From positions 5,630 to 69,629 of the forward strand of contig LSNS01000019.1 in assembly GCA_003056205.1 (NCBI GenBank): 64,000 bases of DNA, read 5' to 3'. Shown here in pieces: positions 52,726 through 63,605 of the stretch; within the stretch, counting starts at the first letter, position 1, and each line of letters starts with the position of its first letter. This stretch comes from Parcubacteria group bacterium M6-OD1-4. Lineage in GTDB: Bacteria > Patescibacteriota > Patescibacteriia > Patescibacteriales > UBA12465. The position numbers and the translations under genes are program-made. A model generated the notes under the pieces. That model had not been told where the DNA came from. It worked only from the letters and a program-made list of their open reading frames with translations, and did not search any database.

Positions 52726-53523
52726 CTATTTTTCAATATTTTTCTGCCTTAAAGCTTCAAATAGAATAATTGCTGCGGCCACTGAAACATTTAAAGAATC
52801 CATCTGGGACAACATCGGAATCTTAATTAATTGATCAGCACTTTTAAGCCACTGAAGGCTAAGCCCTTGAGCTTCGGAACCTAAAACTAAGGCTATTTTC
52901 CCTCTTAAATCAACTTGGGTATAGTTTTTAGCTTGGCTCGTGCTTGCTCCAAAACTTTTAATTTTATTTTCTTTCAACCAAGCTATGGTCTCGGTTACCG
53001 AAGCGCTAATTAAGGTTTGTTTAAAAATATATCCTTCGCTGGCGCGAATAGTGTTAGGATTATAAATATCAGTTTGATGGTCATTAATAATAATTGCTGA
53101 GACACCACCAGCAACCGCGGTGCGAATAATTGCTCCTAAATTACCGGGTTTTTCAACGTTTTCTAAAACTAGAATTATAAGATTGCTATTAAGCTTAATG
53201 TCAGTTAAAGAATAATATCGGGGATGAACAGTTGCTAACAATCCGTCGGCTTTTTGTTTGTAGCAAACTTTATTAAAAACTGCTTTAGAAAGTTTAATAA
53301 TTTTGTCTGGAGCTAATTCTGGGAGTTCTTTAATTTTATTTTTATTATCCAAATCTGGACAATAAAACAACTGAACAAGTTGATAATTATTTTGGAGGGC
53401 CAACTGGATTTCACGATAACCATCAATAATAATTAAATTTTGTTCTTTTCGATAGCGTGCTTTAGTTAGTTTTAATAAATTTTTAATAATTGGGTTATTA
53501 AAACTACTAATATTTTTTATCAT
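52726..53523 (-). CDS. TrmH/SpoU-family RNA methyltransferase
   Basis: EKPGNLGAIIRT, LGSEAQGL, IPM...SLNVSVA. Confidence 0.92.
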   Translation of the reverse strand: MIKNISSFNNPIIKNLLKLTKARYRKEQNLIIIDGYREIQLALQNNYQLVQLFYCPDLDNKNKIKELPELAPDKIIKLSKAVFNKVCYKQKADGLLATVHPRYYSLTDIKLNSNLIILVLENVEKPGNLGAIIRTAVAGGVSAIIINDHQTDIYNPNTIRASEGYIFKQTLISASVTETIAWLKENKIKSFGASTSQAKNYTQVDLRGKIALVLGSEAQGLSLQWLKSADQLIKIPMLSQMDSLNVSVAAAIILFEALRQKNIEK

Positions 53524-53628
53524 ATTTTTGAATCTAAACAACTTTATTATATACTAATTAAGCAAAATATTAAAATTCAAGAATAATTTTAATTATGTTA
53601 TAATAATGAATATCTAAATAATTATTTT

Positions 53629-56514
53629 ATGACTATTCCTGGTTTACAAAAAAAATCTTCTAGCTCTTGGCGTAATTATCAAACGACACGATCCTCTCGA
53701 CCAATAATAAAGAAAAAAAACTCAAAATCCAAAAAAAAGAATTTCTTCAAAAGAAAATTGGTTTTGTTTATTATATTTTTAGGAATAGCGGGGGCACTTT
53801 CTGTTCTTGTTTATATTGCTCAGGTTTCGCAAGGACTTCCTAATCCCAATCAATTAATTAAACGTAATATTGCCCAAAGTACAAAAATATATGATCGAAC
53901 TGGTAAACATCTCCTGTATGAGATAAGCGGAAATCAAAGAAGAACTCTGGTTAAATTGAAGGATATTCCAACTTATTTAAAAGAAGCCACGATTGCTATT
54001 GAAGATAAAAATTTTTATAAACATGGTGGTTTTAGTTTTTGGTCAATATTCCGAACGGCGATTACTGACGTTATTTTTCATCGTAGTGCTGGCGGTTCAA
54101 CTCTCACTCAACAGTTCGTTAAAAACGCCATTCTCAGCCCCCAGAAGACAATCTCTCGTAAGGTACGCGAAATCATTTTGGCCTATCGCTTAGAACAAAA
54201 ATTTTCTAAGAATGATATTTTACAAATGTATTTAAATGAAATTCCTTATGGTTCTAATGCTTACGGAGTTGAGGCGGCAAGCCAAAACTACTTTGGAAAA
54301 TCAGTAAAAGATCTTAATTTACCAGAATCAGCAATTTTGGCCGCTATTGTTCAGATGCCTAGCTATTATTCCCCTTATGGTCCTCATAAAGATTTATTAC
54401 TAGAACGGAAAAATTATGTTTTAGATTTAATGGCTCAACAGGGTTATATTTCTAAAGCTGAACGAGATGCTGCTCAAAAAGAAAAGATTAAATTTAAAAA
54501 ACCAGGTACAAATATCGTTGCGCCACATTTTGTAATGTATGTTAAAAGTTTACTAGCAAAAAAATATGGTGAACAAATGATTGAACAAGGAGGATTAAAA
54601 ATCTATACTACTTTAGATTTTAAAATGCAAAAAATTGCTCAAGAAGCTATTACCACAGTGACAAAAAACTATCCAAAAGATTTTAACGCTAACAATGCAG
54701 CGTTAGTAGCTATTAATCCTAAAAATGGACAAATACTGGCCATGATTGGTTCACGTGATTATTTTAATGATGCTATTGATGGTCAATTTAATGTCGCTAC
54801 TAGTCCTCGTCAACCCGGATCATCAATTAAACCAATTGTTTATGCGGCTTTATTTGAAAAAGGTTATACTCCTAATACAATTCTCTATGATGTAAATACT
54901 AATTTTTCAACTAATCCTAAAAAACCCTACAAACCGACCGACTACGATTTAAAACAACGTGGTCCAGTTACTATTCGCCAAGCCCTAGCTGGTTCTCTTA
55001 ATATTCCAGCGGTGAAAACAATGTATTTAGCAGGTATAAATAACGTGTTAAATTTAGCTGATAGCTTGGGTTACACTACTCTTCGTCCTCGTAGTCGTTT
55101 TGGCTTGTCTTTTGTTTTGGGAGGTGCTGAAGTTGAATTATTACAACACGTTAATGCTTACAGCGCTTTAGCTAATGATGGATTAATTAGCCCAATTGTT
55201 AGTATTTTGAAAATAGAAAACAGCCAAGGAAAAATCATTGAACAGTATCATCCTTCTAATAAAAAAGTTCTTGATTCACAAGTTGTGAGAATGGTTGATA
55301 GTATTTTAATAGATAATAATGCTCGAGCTTTTATTTTTGGAATACACAATTTTCTTAATCTTGGAAAACGTCCAGTTGCTGCTAAAACTGGAACTACTAA
55401 TGACTTTCGTGACGCCTGGACGGTTGGTTTTACCCCCTCTTTAGTTGCTGGAGTTTGGGTGGGAAATAGCAATAACAAACCAATGTATCGTGGAGCTGAG
55501 GGGGCAACTGTGGCTGCTCCTATTTGGCATTATTTTATGAAAAATGTTTTAAAAAATACACCAATTCAAACTTTTCCAGCCCCCAAGGATTACAAAACCG
55601 GTAAGGCAATTATTGATGGGAAATTACCACCAAAAATAATAAAAATAGATCGTAGCTCCGGCTTATTAGCAACAAGCTCTACGCCACCTTCATTAATTGT
55701 TGAAAAAAAGATACCAATTTATCATTCTATTTTATATTATGTTAATAGAAATAACCCCTTGGGCCCAGCGCCAAAGGATCCGGCAATTGATCCTCAATAT
55801 AATTCTTGGGAAAAAGCAGTACAAACCTGGGTTATTAAAAATGCTAGTTCCTCTCCATTATTAGCTAGTTCTAGTCTGCCTACAACTTATGATAAATTAC
55901 ATAATCAAAAAAACAAACCTCTGATTAAAATTATTTCTCCTCTTTCTAAACAAAACTTAAATACTGCCAATTTAGAAGTACAAATAATAGCAACCGCTCC
56001 TCGTGGTATTAATCGTACTGAATATTTTATTAATAATAATTTATGGCAAACTCGTTGGGGGGTTCCCGTTTCCTTCACATCACCAATTAATTTTTTAAGT
56101 AATGGCTATCAAACTCTTAGTGTAAAAACTTGTGATGATGTTGAAAATTGTTCTTGGGCAACGGTTAATTTTAATTTACTAATAAAAAACAACCCCCAGC
56201 TTCCTCAAAAAAACACTATTCGTCTTATTAGCCCTTCTTCTGGTTTATCTGCTCGAACAATTGATTTCCCCTTAAATATTAAATTACAAGTTAGTAATCC
56301 AACACGTATTGCAACTATTAATATTATTAGTAAAAATACCAAGACTAATACTTCAACGGTCTTAGATACTATTAGCTACCTAACAAAAAACACTATTCAA
56401 AGTGTTTGGTTAAAGGCTCCAGAACCAGGAAGCTATGTACTCTATGCCGAATTACATGCTTGGAATGGTAATTTAATTAAGAGTAATAACTCACAAATAT
56501 TAGTTAATAAATAA
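53629..56514 (+). CDS. Class A penicillin-binding protein (PBP1A family) with C-terminal Ig-like domains
   Basis: EDKNFYKH, GSTLTQQ, YLNEI; SSIK, SLN, KTGT. Confidence 0.94.
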   Translation: MTIPGLQKKSSSSWRNYQTTRSSRPIIKKKNSKSKKKNFFKRKLVLFIIFLGIAGALSVLVYIAQVSQGLPNPNQLIKRNIAQSTKIYDRTGKHLLYEISGNQRRTLVKLKDIPTYLKEATIAIEDKNFYKHGGFSFWSIFRTAITDVIFHRSAGGSTLTQQFVKNAILSPQKTISRKVREIILAYRLEQKFSKNDILQMYLNEIPYGSNAYGVEAASQNYFGKSVKDLNLPESAILAAIVQMPSYYSPYGPHKDLLLERKNYVLDLMAQQGYISKAERDAAQKEKIKFKKPGTNIVAPHFVMYVKSLLAKKYGEQMIEQGGLKIYTTLDFKMQKIAQEAITTVTKNYPKDFNANNAALVAINPKNGQILAMIGSRDYFNDAIDGQFNVATSPRQPGSSIKPIVYAALFEKGYTPNTILYDVNTNFSTNPKKPYKPTDYDLKQRGPVTIRQALAGSLNIPAVKTMYLAGINNVLNLADSLGYTTLRPRSRFGLSFVLGGAEVELLQHVNAYSALANDGLISPIVSILKIENSQGKIIEQYHPSNKKVLDSQVVRMVDSILIDNNARAFIFGIHNFLNLGKRPVAAKTGTTNDFRDAWTVGFTPSLVAGVWVGNSNNKPMYRGAEGATVAAPIWHYFMKNVLKNTPIQTFPAPKDYKTGKAIIDGKLPPKIIKIDRSSGLLATSSTPPSLIVEKKIPIYHSILYYVNRNNPLGPAPKDPAIDPQYNSWEKAVQTWVIKNASSSPLLASSSLPTTYDKLHNQKNKPLIKIISPLSKQNLNTANLEVQIIATAPRGINRTEYFINNNLWQTRWGVPVSFTSPINFLSNGYQTLSVKTCDDVENCSWATVNFNLLIKNNPQLPQKNTIRLISPSSGLSARTIDFPLNIKLQVSNPTRIATINIISKNTKTNTSTVLDTISYLTKNTIQSVWLKAPEPGSYVLYAELHAWNGNLIKSNNSQILVNK

Positions 56515-56517
56515 TTT

Positions 56518-57657
56518 TTATTGTCTAATTGGCATAATAATATATAAATAACTATCATCTTGCTCTGGTTTTAAAAGGCAGGGGGTGTTGTTGTTTAAAA
56601 TTTCAATATTAATTAAGTCGCCACTAATATTATTTAAACCATCAATTAAATAACGATAGTTAATTGTAATTTCATTATCATGCCCATCAATTTTAGCTTC
56701 TAACTCTATTCTACTTTCTCCACTCGCCCCAGAAAATGCTGAAACAATAATTTTGTCTTTTAAGAATTGTAAATTAACATCATTAATTCCTGTTTTGGAA
56801 AAAAGAGCCGCAGCCTTTACTGCCCGTAACAATTCTAAGCGCTTAACCTTTATTTTAGTTTCATTCTTAACCGGTATAATTTGTTTATAATCTGGATAAT
56901 GTCCATTAATAAGCCGAGAAATTAATTGAACAGAATCAACAATAAATAAAATTTGGTTTTCCGCTAAACAAATTTTAACCTGATAATCACCATCCAATAT
57001 AGTTTCATTAAGATTACTAAAAACTCTTAACAATTCTTGAACTGTTTTAGCGGGAACAATAATAGATTGCTCGTCATTTGTTTCTTGATTTTCAATATTA
57101 ACACCTTTAATTTCAACCTGTTTTTCTGCCAAACGATAACTATCAGTGGCCGCCAAACTAAGTTTATTTTCATTAAAAGAAAATAAAACTCCAGTTAACT
57201 CTACCCTGTTTTCACTAGAGGAAACAGAAAAAACAACACTGTTCAAGGCTTTTTTTAAATTCTCAAGATCACAAGTATAATAATGTTCTTGAGAAATAAC
57301 TGGAATTAAGGGAAATTCTTTAGCAGACTCTCCTTTAATTTTTGTTTTATATTTTCCACTTTCTACTAAAAGTTGTTCCTCTTTTTTTTCTAAACTAACC
57401 TTCCCGCCCTCACTTAATAAATTAACATATTCCGTAATTAATTTAGAATCAACCGCAAACTCTCCGTCATGATTAATTTTGCCCCTTAATTTATAAACCA
57501 TTCCAATTTCTAAATTAGTACTAATCAGTTCAATATTTCCCTTATCAACCTTTATTAAAATATTATTAAGAATTGGTAAATTAATATTTTTAGTAGTAAT
57601 ATGTCCAACAATATTTAAACCTCTTTTTAAGTTTTCTTGTAGACTAATAAAATTCAT
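56518..57657 (-). CDS. dnaN: DNA polymerase III beta clamp
   Basis: LPIL, ATDSYRL, SRLING.YPDY, IMPIR. Confidence 0.97.
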   Translation of the reverse strand: MNFISLQENLKRGLNIVGHITTKNINLPILNNILIKVDKGNIELISTNLEIGMVYKLRGKINHDGEFAVDSKLITEYVNLLSEGGKVSLEKKEEQLLVESGKYKTKIKGESAKEFPLIPVISQEHYYTCDLENLKKALNSVVFSVSSSENRVELTGVLFSFNENKLSLAATDSYRLAEKQVEIKGVNIENQETNDEQSIIVPAKTVQELLRVFSNLNETILDGDYQVKICLAENQILFIVDSVQLISRLINGHYPDYKQIIPVKNETKIKVKRLELLRAVKAAALFSKTGINDVNLQFLKDKIIVSAFSGASGESRIELEAKIDGHDNEITINYRYLIDGLNNISGDLINIEILNNNTPCLLKPEQDDSYLYIIMPIRQ

Positions 57658-57923
57658 ATAGTTGATTGCTTATTATACTATTAATTAATATATATAAAAC
57701 AATAATAACAATAAGGGAGTGGATAATTTTTATGTTTTTATATTTTCTTAATTATTAATTGGGCTTAATGGCGTTTTTGGCTGTTAACAGTTACTAAGAA
57801 AAGGTGTTAATTATTTTTTAAAACTTGTTAATAAGTCTTAAGCAGTTTAAATTATTCACAAGTTTTCAAACTTTCTTCACCAAAAAATAAACAACTAATT
57901 AACAGGATAATAATAAAAAATTT
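57658..57923. other. Replication origin (oriC) between dnaA and dnaN
   Basis: DnaA boxes TTATCCACT (minus, 57718-57726), TTATTCACA (57852-57860), TTATTAACA-like copies; AT-rich DUE with trio-like repeats next to dnaN. Confidence 0.78.
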
Positions 57924-59324
57924 CTAATACCCAGTATTAAAAATTTGACGAATTGAATTAATTTCTTGTTTAATTTTTTCATTTTTATCACCCGTTATTT
58001 CTTGTTTAATTTTATTATAAGAATGCATGGCGGTAGTGTGATCTCGACCTCCTAATTCTATTCCAATTGAGGGATAAGAGGTGCCAATTTCTTCACGAAT
58101 TAAATAAACGGCAATTTGTCTGGGCCAAACTAATTCTTTTTTCCGCCCCTTACTAATTAAATCTTTATAACTTAAATTATAAAATTTAGCCGTTGCTTCA
58201 ATGATTTCTTTCGGGTTTAATGATCGGGTTTGAACACTAGAAATATAATCACTTAAAACCTCTTTAACGCTCTTAAGATCTGGGGTTAAGCCTTTAAATT
58301 GATGAGAAACAATAATTTTAGTTAAAGCACCCTCTAATTCACGAATATTGTTTTGTACCCGTTCGGCAACATAATTTAGAATTTCCTTACTTAAAGGATA
58401 ATTTTTTTCTAAAGCTTTTTTTTCTAAAATAGCAATTTTTGTTTCTAAGTCTGGTTTACCAACATCAGCGACCATTCCTGATTCAAATCGAGAAATTAAA
58501 CGATTTTCTATTGCTGGAATTGATTTTGGTGGACGATCAGAAGTGAGAACAATTTGCCTATCATTTTGTTGTAATTCATTAAAAGTGTGGAAAAATTCTT
58601 CTTGAGTTCCATCTTTTCCACCCATAAATTGCACATCATCTACTAGGAGAAGATCAACATTACGATATAGGTTTTTAAATTCTTTAGCTTTACCACTCTT
58701 TACAGATTGAATATAATTATTGGTAAATTTTTCACTTGTAGCGTATAGAATTTTATCGGTTTTTTTAGCCACTGCGTTACCAATAGCTTGTAAGAGATGG
58801 GTTTTACCTAAACCGACACCACCATAAATAAATAAAGGATTATAAGATTTTCCTAGATTCTCAACAACCGCCAAACAAGCCGCATGGGCTAATTCGTTAC
58901 CACGACCAACAACAAAATTTTCAAAAACGTAACGGGGGTTTAGACCGTGTCGATTAGAGGTGTTGGTTCTAGCAACAATATTAACAGTTTTTATTTTTTC
59001 AGCAAAAGCGGTTTTATCATTTTCTTGTTTATTAGTGTTTATTGAATTATTAGAAAAAACATTTCCATTATTATGACGAAGTTCAACTTTATAAATAATT
59101 TCCTTAATTTTTTGTTTAGTAGTATTTTCTAGCGCACTAATAATATTTTTATGATATTTTTCTTCTAACCATTTTTTAACAAAAGCGTTGGGAACACAAA
59201 TAATTACTTTTTCATTTTCTAAAGAGGAAATAAAAGTATCTTTAAACCAAGTTACAAAATTAGCTCGAGAAAGACTGATTTCTATTTCTCCTAAAACCGC
59301 TTGCCAGATTTGTTCGTTAGTCAT
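57924..59324 (-). CDS. dnaA: Chromosomal replication initiator
   Basis: YNPLFIYGGVGLGKTHL, DDVQF, GGRDHTT. Confidence 0.98.
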   Translation of the reverse strand: MTNEQIWQAVLGEIEISLSRANFVTWFKDTFISSLENEKVIICVPNAFVKKWLEEKYHKNIISALENTTKQKIKEIIYKVELRHNNGNVFSNNSINTNKQENDKTAFAEKIKTVNIVARTNTSNRHGLNPRYVFENFVVGRGNELAHAACLAVVENLGKSYNPLFIYGGVGLGKTHLLQAIGNAVAKKTDKILYATSEKFTNNYIQSVKSGKAKEFKNLYRNVDLLLVDDVQFMGGKDGTQEEFFHTFNELQQNDRQIVLTSDRPPKSIPAIENRLISRFESGMVADVGKPDLETKIAILEKKALEKNYPLSKEILNYVAERVQNNIRELEGALTKIIVSHQFKGLTPDLKSVKEVLSDYISSVQTRSLNPKEIIEATAKFYNLSYKDLISKGRKKELVWPRQIAVYLIREEIGTSYPSIGIELGGRDHTTAMHSYNKIKQEITGDKNEKIKQEINSIRQIFNTGY

Positions 59325-59538
59325 AATAATTAAAAAATAGAATTATATTTAGTGTTTATGTATTCAAGTTTTACTAGTTTTATTATATTAGATAAATAGG
59401 TTTACCACAAGCTTTTATTTTGTTTAAAAAGTGTTAATAATTAGGGGAAAACTTTCAGACATTTTTAATTTTTATTTATTGACTTGAACAAGCAAAGATG
59501 ATATCTTATAAAATAATAATAAATTAAATTTTGTTTAT

Positions 59539-59676
59539 ATGCCGAAAAGGACCTATCAACCGAACAAGCGCCGTGCCAAAAAAAAACATGGTTTTATTCA
59601 TCGGATGGAAACTAAAGATGGTCGTCAGGTTTTAAAGAAACGACGTCAAAAAGGGCGAAAAAAAATATCAAAGTAA
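59539..59676 (+). CDS. rpmH: 50S ribosomal protein L34 (missing from the ORF track)
   Basis: [41 protein letters not shown]. Confidence 0.95.
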   Translation: MPKRTYQPNKRRAKKKHGFIHRMETKDGRQVLKKRRQKGRKKISK

Positions 59677-59698
59677 AAATTGGTGGAGATTTTATAAA

Positions 59699-60040
59699 AT
59701 GTTAAAAAAAGACAACAGAATAAGACATGATAAAGATTTTGACCGAGCTTTTAAGCTCGGACAATCTTTTTATGGAGAGAATTTAGGATTTAAGGTAGTT
59801 AATAATGATTTAGGAATAAATCGCTTGGGGATTCTAATTAGCACTAAGGTTAGTAAAAAAGCGGTTATTAGGAACCACTTTAAACGACAAATTAGAGAAA
59901 TTATTCGCGCCGAATTTCCTAAATTAAGTACTGGACATGATTTAGTAATTATTGTTTTTCCGAAGATATTAAATAAAAACTTTCAACAGTTAGAAGTTTT
60001 AATTAGACAAGCTTTAAAAAATTTGAATTTATATCAATAA
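59699..60040 (+). CDS. rnpA: Ribonuclease P protein
   Basis: RLGILISTKVSKKAVIRN..KRQIRE. Confidence 0.95.
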   Translation: MLKKDNRIRHDKDFDRAFKLGQSFYGENLGFKVVNNDLGINRLGILISTKVSKKAVIRNHFKRQIREIIRAEFPKLSTGHDLVIIVFPKILNKNFQQLEVLIRQALKNLNLYQ

Positions 60041-60055
60041 ATTTAAATTATATCT

Positions 60056-60313
60056 ATGAATAACGAATTTCGATATTTACCAAGAAGAATCGCTGTTTAT
60101 TTAATAAAAATATATCAAAAAACCCTTTCTTTTGATCATGGACCCTTGAAATTTTTTCATCCTTATGGTTTTTGTCGTTTTACGCCAACTTGTTCACAAT
60201 ATGGCGTGGAAGCAGTTAGTAAGTATGGTATAATTAAGGGCGGAATAAAAACTATTTGGAGAATTATTCGTTGCAATCCTTGGAACAAAGGAGGATATGA
60301 TCCAATAAAATAA
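60056..60313 (+). CDS. yidD: Membrane protein insertion efficiency factor
   Basis: [25 protein letters not shown]. Confidence 0.95.
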   Translation: MNNEFRYLPRRIAVYLIKIYQKTLSFDHGPLKFFHPYGFCRFTPTCSQYGVEAVSKYGIIKGGIKTIWRIIRCNPWNKGGYDPIK

Positions 60314-60345
60314 TAAATAATTTTAATTTTTAAGATTCAATCTTT

Positions 60346-61086
60346 ATGATTCACTTGTTTACAATAATTTTTTATCAACCCGTCTTAAACCTTTTGGTTT
60401 TTTTATATAACACAATTGCTTTTCAGGACTTAGGAATTGCTATTGTCTTGTTAACCATAATCATTAAATTAGTTTTTTGGCCTTTAGGACGATCGGCTAT
60501 TAAATCACAAAAAGCTCTTCAAGATTTACAACCAGAGATTGAAGAACTAAAAACTAAATATAAAAAAGATAAAGCCGGTTTAAGCAAAGCGACGATGGAA
60601 TTATACAAGAATAATAAGGTTAATCCTTTTTCTTCTTGTTTGCCACTTTTAATTCAATTACCATTTTTATTTGCAGTTTATCAAGTTTTTAGAGATGGTT
60701 TAAATAGTAAATTAGATTTTGTTTATTCTTTTATTAAACGTCCCGAAGCCATTAATACTATATCTTTTGGATTTTTAAATTTAGCAACACCTAATATTGT
60801 TTTAGCGCTCTTAGCTGGAGCAGCTCAATTTTGGCAAGCTAAAATGATGATTACTGATAAGCCTGCAGTAAAAACTCCAGGCTCTAAGGATGAAGGGATG
60901 GCGGCTATTATGAATAAGCAGATGTTATATTTTATGCCAGCCATTACTGTTTTTATTGGTATTTCTCTTCCCAGTGGTTTAACTTTATATTGGTTTGTTT
61001 TAACCGCTTTAACTGCTATTCAGCAATTGCTTACCTTTAAAAAGAAAAATAAGCATCACACCATTGAGGGTGAAATAGTTAATTAA
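60346..61086 (+). CDS. yidC: YidC/Oxa1 membrane insertase
   Basis: LQPEI, NPFSSCLPLLIQLP, LYW. Confidence 0.93.
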   Translation: MIHLFTIIFYQPVLNLLVFLYNTIAFQDLGIAIVLLTIIIKLVFWPLGRSAIKSQKALQDLQPEIEELKTKYKKDKAGLSKATMELYKNNKVNPFSSCLPLLIQLPFLFAVYQVFRDGLNSKLDFVYSFIKRPEAINTISFGFLNLATPNIVLALLAGAAQFWQAKMMITDKPAVKTPGSKDEGMAAIMNKQMLYFMPAITVFIGISLPSGLTLYWFVLTALTAIQQLLTFKKKNKHHTIEGEIVN

Positions 61087-61109
61087 TAACAATTCAAAAC
61101 TTTATTTTA

Positions 61110-61138
61110 AAAAGCATTCTAATTTAGAATGCTTTTTT
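61110..61138. terminator. Bidirectional terminator
   Basis: AAAAGCATTCTA/TAGAATGCTTTT. Confidence 0.7.
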
Positions 61139-62973
61139 TATAATCCCGATTTTAAATTAGTTTTTAAACTTTTTGTAGAGCTTGCTGTTGCTCCCACCAA
61201 ACAAACTCCTTGCCAGGGCACATAATGAGAATAGAAACGCCTTTTATGAATTGGGGTTGTAGTTGAATCTGGAGGATAGGTAACAGTATAATTAAAGTAG
61301 GCATCTAAACCATTATGGGATCCTTCGGTACATTTTTCTACTCCTGGTTTTAGGGTATCAGTTTTTATTATTTTTGTCGGTTCGGGTTTAACAATATTGT
61401 AAATTACTGGAGCACTGGTAGTTGCAATTCGGCCATCACTAGTCCCCCAAAAAATGAAAGAAAGTTGCCCCTTCACAATTTTAGCTTGGATTAAAATATA
61501 ATGTTTAGTATTATTCATAAAACGAAAATCTGGGAGGGGATCATACATCGTGGCGTCAGTTCCTGGAGGATTATAATAGGCAACCTGGTAAGAATGATTT
61601 TCTCGCATAGTTATTGGCAATCCACTAGCTAAGGCGGTTCGAAAAAGAGTGGTGGCGATTTGACAGAGTCCACCACCGTATTCAGGAATAGTCTTATCTC
61701 CTTTAATTACTAATTCTTTTAAATAACCACTTTGAGCATTAACTGCTCCTAAGGCTTTCACTAAAGAAAATTCTGCCCCGGGTTTGATTAACAAGCCCTG
61801 AAGACTAGATGCTCCAACTTCAATATTATAAACCCGGTTAGCTGGTGACCCAGTAAAATTTGATTTACCAATGCCTAAAACGTTTTGGATATCAGCGGTA
61901 TTATTTTTTATTAAACTTTCATCGGGTAACTGTTTAACAATTAGTTTACTGCTATTTTTCCCGGCAAGAAAAGCCTTGTTAATTTGTAGTGCGCTGGCTA
62001 TTAAATCTAATTTTTGACCATTTTTACCATTTTGCCAGTTGGAGATGTGTTTATTAATAACTTTAAAGCTGGGCTTAATGGCTACCCGATCAACCGAGGG
62101 GGCAATATGAATTTTTAGATATTCTTCAATTTTTTTTAAATTTAAAGATAAGGTTGATTGATTATTAGATTTTTGCAGACTAATCCAAGTGATTATTTCT
62201 TGTGGACTTATTTCCCAATATTTACTAGTAGTAGTTATTAATTGCAGACTGAGATCTCCGCGATTAATAATTTTTTTAACTTGAGGTTTTAAATTTTCTA
62301 AATCACTCTTTTTCAAGTTAGGGTATATCGCTTGAGTATTAATTATAATTTGTTTGTTATTTAATTTTACTAAAGAAGCATTAAGTTTTTCAAAAAGAAG
62401 TGAATAATTAATTTTTCGGCCTAGAGTTTCAGAATTAATTTGTAGATTAAGTCCTGGTTTGTTTTTAGATACCGAAAAATAAGCATTATTTGCTGGAACA
62501 TTTAAAGTGGAAAATTCTTGTCCAACAATCTTCTTGATTTTCTTTTGATCAAGGGTATATTGAGCAGGGACAAGGCGTGGGAAGATCAACTTGAATTTAG
62601 CTAATAAATAATAAGTGAAAGTTCGTTGGTTTCTATTACCTAGCGCAACTGCCAAAGTTTTTTGAGTGTTAAAAGCTAATAAAGAATAAGATAAATCAAC
62701 ATCAAAAGAAGCTACTTCGCTAGGAATAGTAATAACCTTGGTTTTGTATTTAAAGCTTAAGCCCGCCTTTTTAATCTCTTTAATTCTGTTTTGAATTAAA
62801 CTTTTGGCTTGTAGCGTAGTTTGATTGCTTAAATCTAAATTACCAATTTTCGTTTGAGGGAATATTTTGTTTTGATAATTAACTTTCCAAATTAAAAAAT
62901 TACTAACAAAAAAAACGCTTAATATTAAAAGTATTAAGCTAATAACTGTAATTATTTTCTGACCGACTTTCAT
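61138..62973 (-). CDS. VanW-family protein with putative peptidoglycan-binding domains
   Basis: N-terminal TM; GGGLCQIATTLF, RENHS..V.YY, DAT, DFRF.N. Confidence 0.85.
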   Translation of the reverse strand: MKVGQKIITVISLILLILSVFFVSNFLIWKVNYQNKIFPQTKIGNLDLSNQTTLQAKSLIQNRIKEIKKAGLSFKYKTKVITIPSEVASFDVDLSYSLLAFNTQKTLAVALGNRNQRTFTYYLLAKFKLIFPRLVPAQYTLDQKKIKKIVGQEFSTLNVPANNAYFSVSKNKPGLNLQINSETLGRKINYSLLFEKLNASLVKLNNKQIIINTQAIYPNLKKSDLENLKPQVKKIINRGDLSLQLITTTSKYWEISPQEIITWISLQKSNNQSTLSLNLKKIEEYLKIHIAPSVDRVAIKPSFKVINKHISNWQNGKNGQKLDLIASALQINKAFLAGKNSSKLIVKQLPDESLIKNNTADIQNVLGIGKSNFTGSPANRVYNIEVGASSLQGLLIKPGAEFSLVKALGAVNAQSGYLKELVIKGDKTIPEYGGGLCQIATTLFRTALASGLPITMRENHSYQVAYYNPPGTDATMYDPLPDFRFMNNTKHYILIQAKIVKGQLSFIFWGTSDGRIATTSAPVIYNIVKPEPTKIIKTDTLKPGVEKCTEGSHNGLDAYFNYTVTYPPDSTTTPIHKRRFYSHYVPWQGVCLVGATASSTKSLKTNLKSGL

Positions 62974-63002
62974 ACGATAAATTATTAATTTTCGGTTCTG
63001 GT

Positions 63003-63422
63003 TTAATTTTTAGACTTTACTTTGATTTGTTGAGAACTCTTTTTATTAAGAGTGATGGTTAGAATACCATTTTCTAATTCCGCTTTAACTTGTTTAGAGT
63101 CAACTTCAGAAGGAAGAATAATTGAGCGCGAAAAAGAGCCCCAATAACATTCTTGATATAAATATTTTCCTTCTTTATTTTCTATTTCAGATGAACGGGT
63201 TCCGCTAATAGTTAATAGGTCATTATGTAAAGAAATTTTTAAATCTTCAGGATTTACTCCAGCAATAGTTGATTTAATAAAAATATTTTTAGCAGTTTGA
63301 TAAACATCAATAGCTAGTTGTCCTTCAATTCCCGATTCTTCATCATTAAACCAATTTATTTCTGGACTAGAATTACCAAGCTTGGCTAATTTAATTTTTT
63401 TGTTTTTTTTCTTAAAAAGCAT
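63003..63422 (-). CDS. Hsp20/alpha-crystallin small heat-shock protein
   Basis: IDVYQT, LTISG.R, WGSFSRSIILP, ENGILTI. Confidence 0.92.
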   Translation of the reverse strand: MLFKKKNKKIKLAKLGNSSPEINWFNDEESGIEGQLAIDVYQTAKNIFIKSTIAGVNPEDLKISLHNDLLTISGTRSSEIENKEGKYLYQECYWGSFSRSIILPSEVDSKQVKAELENGILTITLNKKSSQQIKVKSKN

Positions 63423-63509
63423 ATTTTTTATTCTCTTTATAATTTATCAGTAATTGCCTAAAAAGTAAATATTAAAAAAAGAATATTATAATTAATATTC
63501 TTTTTCTAG

Positions 63510-63583
63510 TGGGCTCGGCCCGATTCGAACGGGCGACCTTTACGATGTCAACGTAACACTCTAACCAGCTGAGCTACGAGCCC
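63510..63583 (-). tRNA. tRNA-Val(GAC)
   Basis: Cloverleaf; TTACG-TT GAC AT-CGTAA. Confidence 0.92.
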
Positions 63584-63605
63584 TAAATTCTAATCACCGA
63601 GTTTC

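Noticed and set aside
63476..63505. AT-rich inverted repeat before hsp20 as a heat-shock operator
   Set aside because: Does not match CIRCE; more simply the terminator of the tRNA pair
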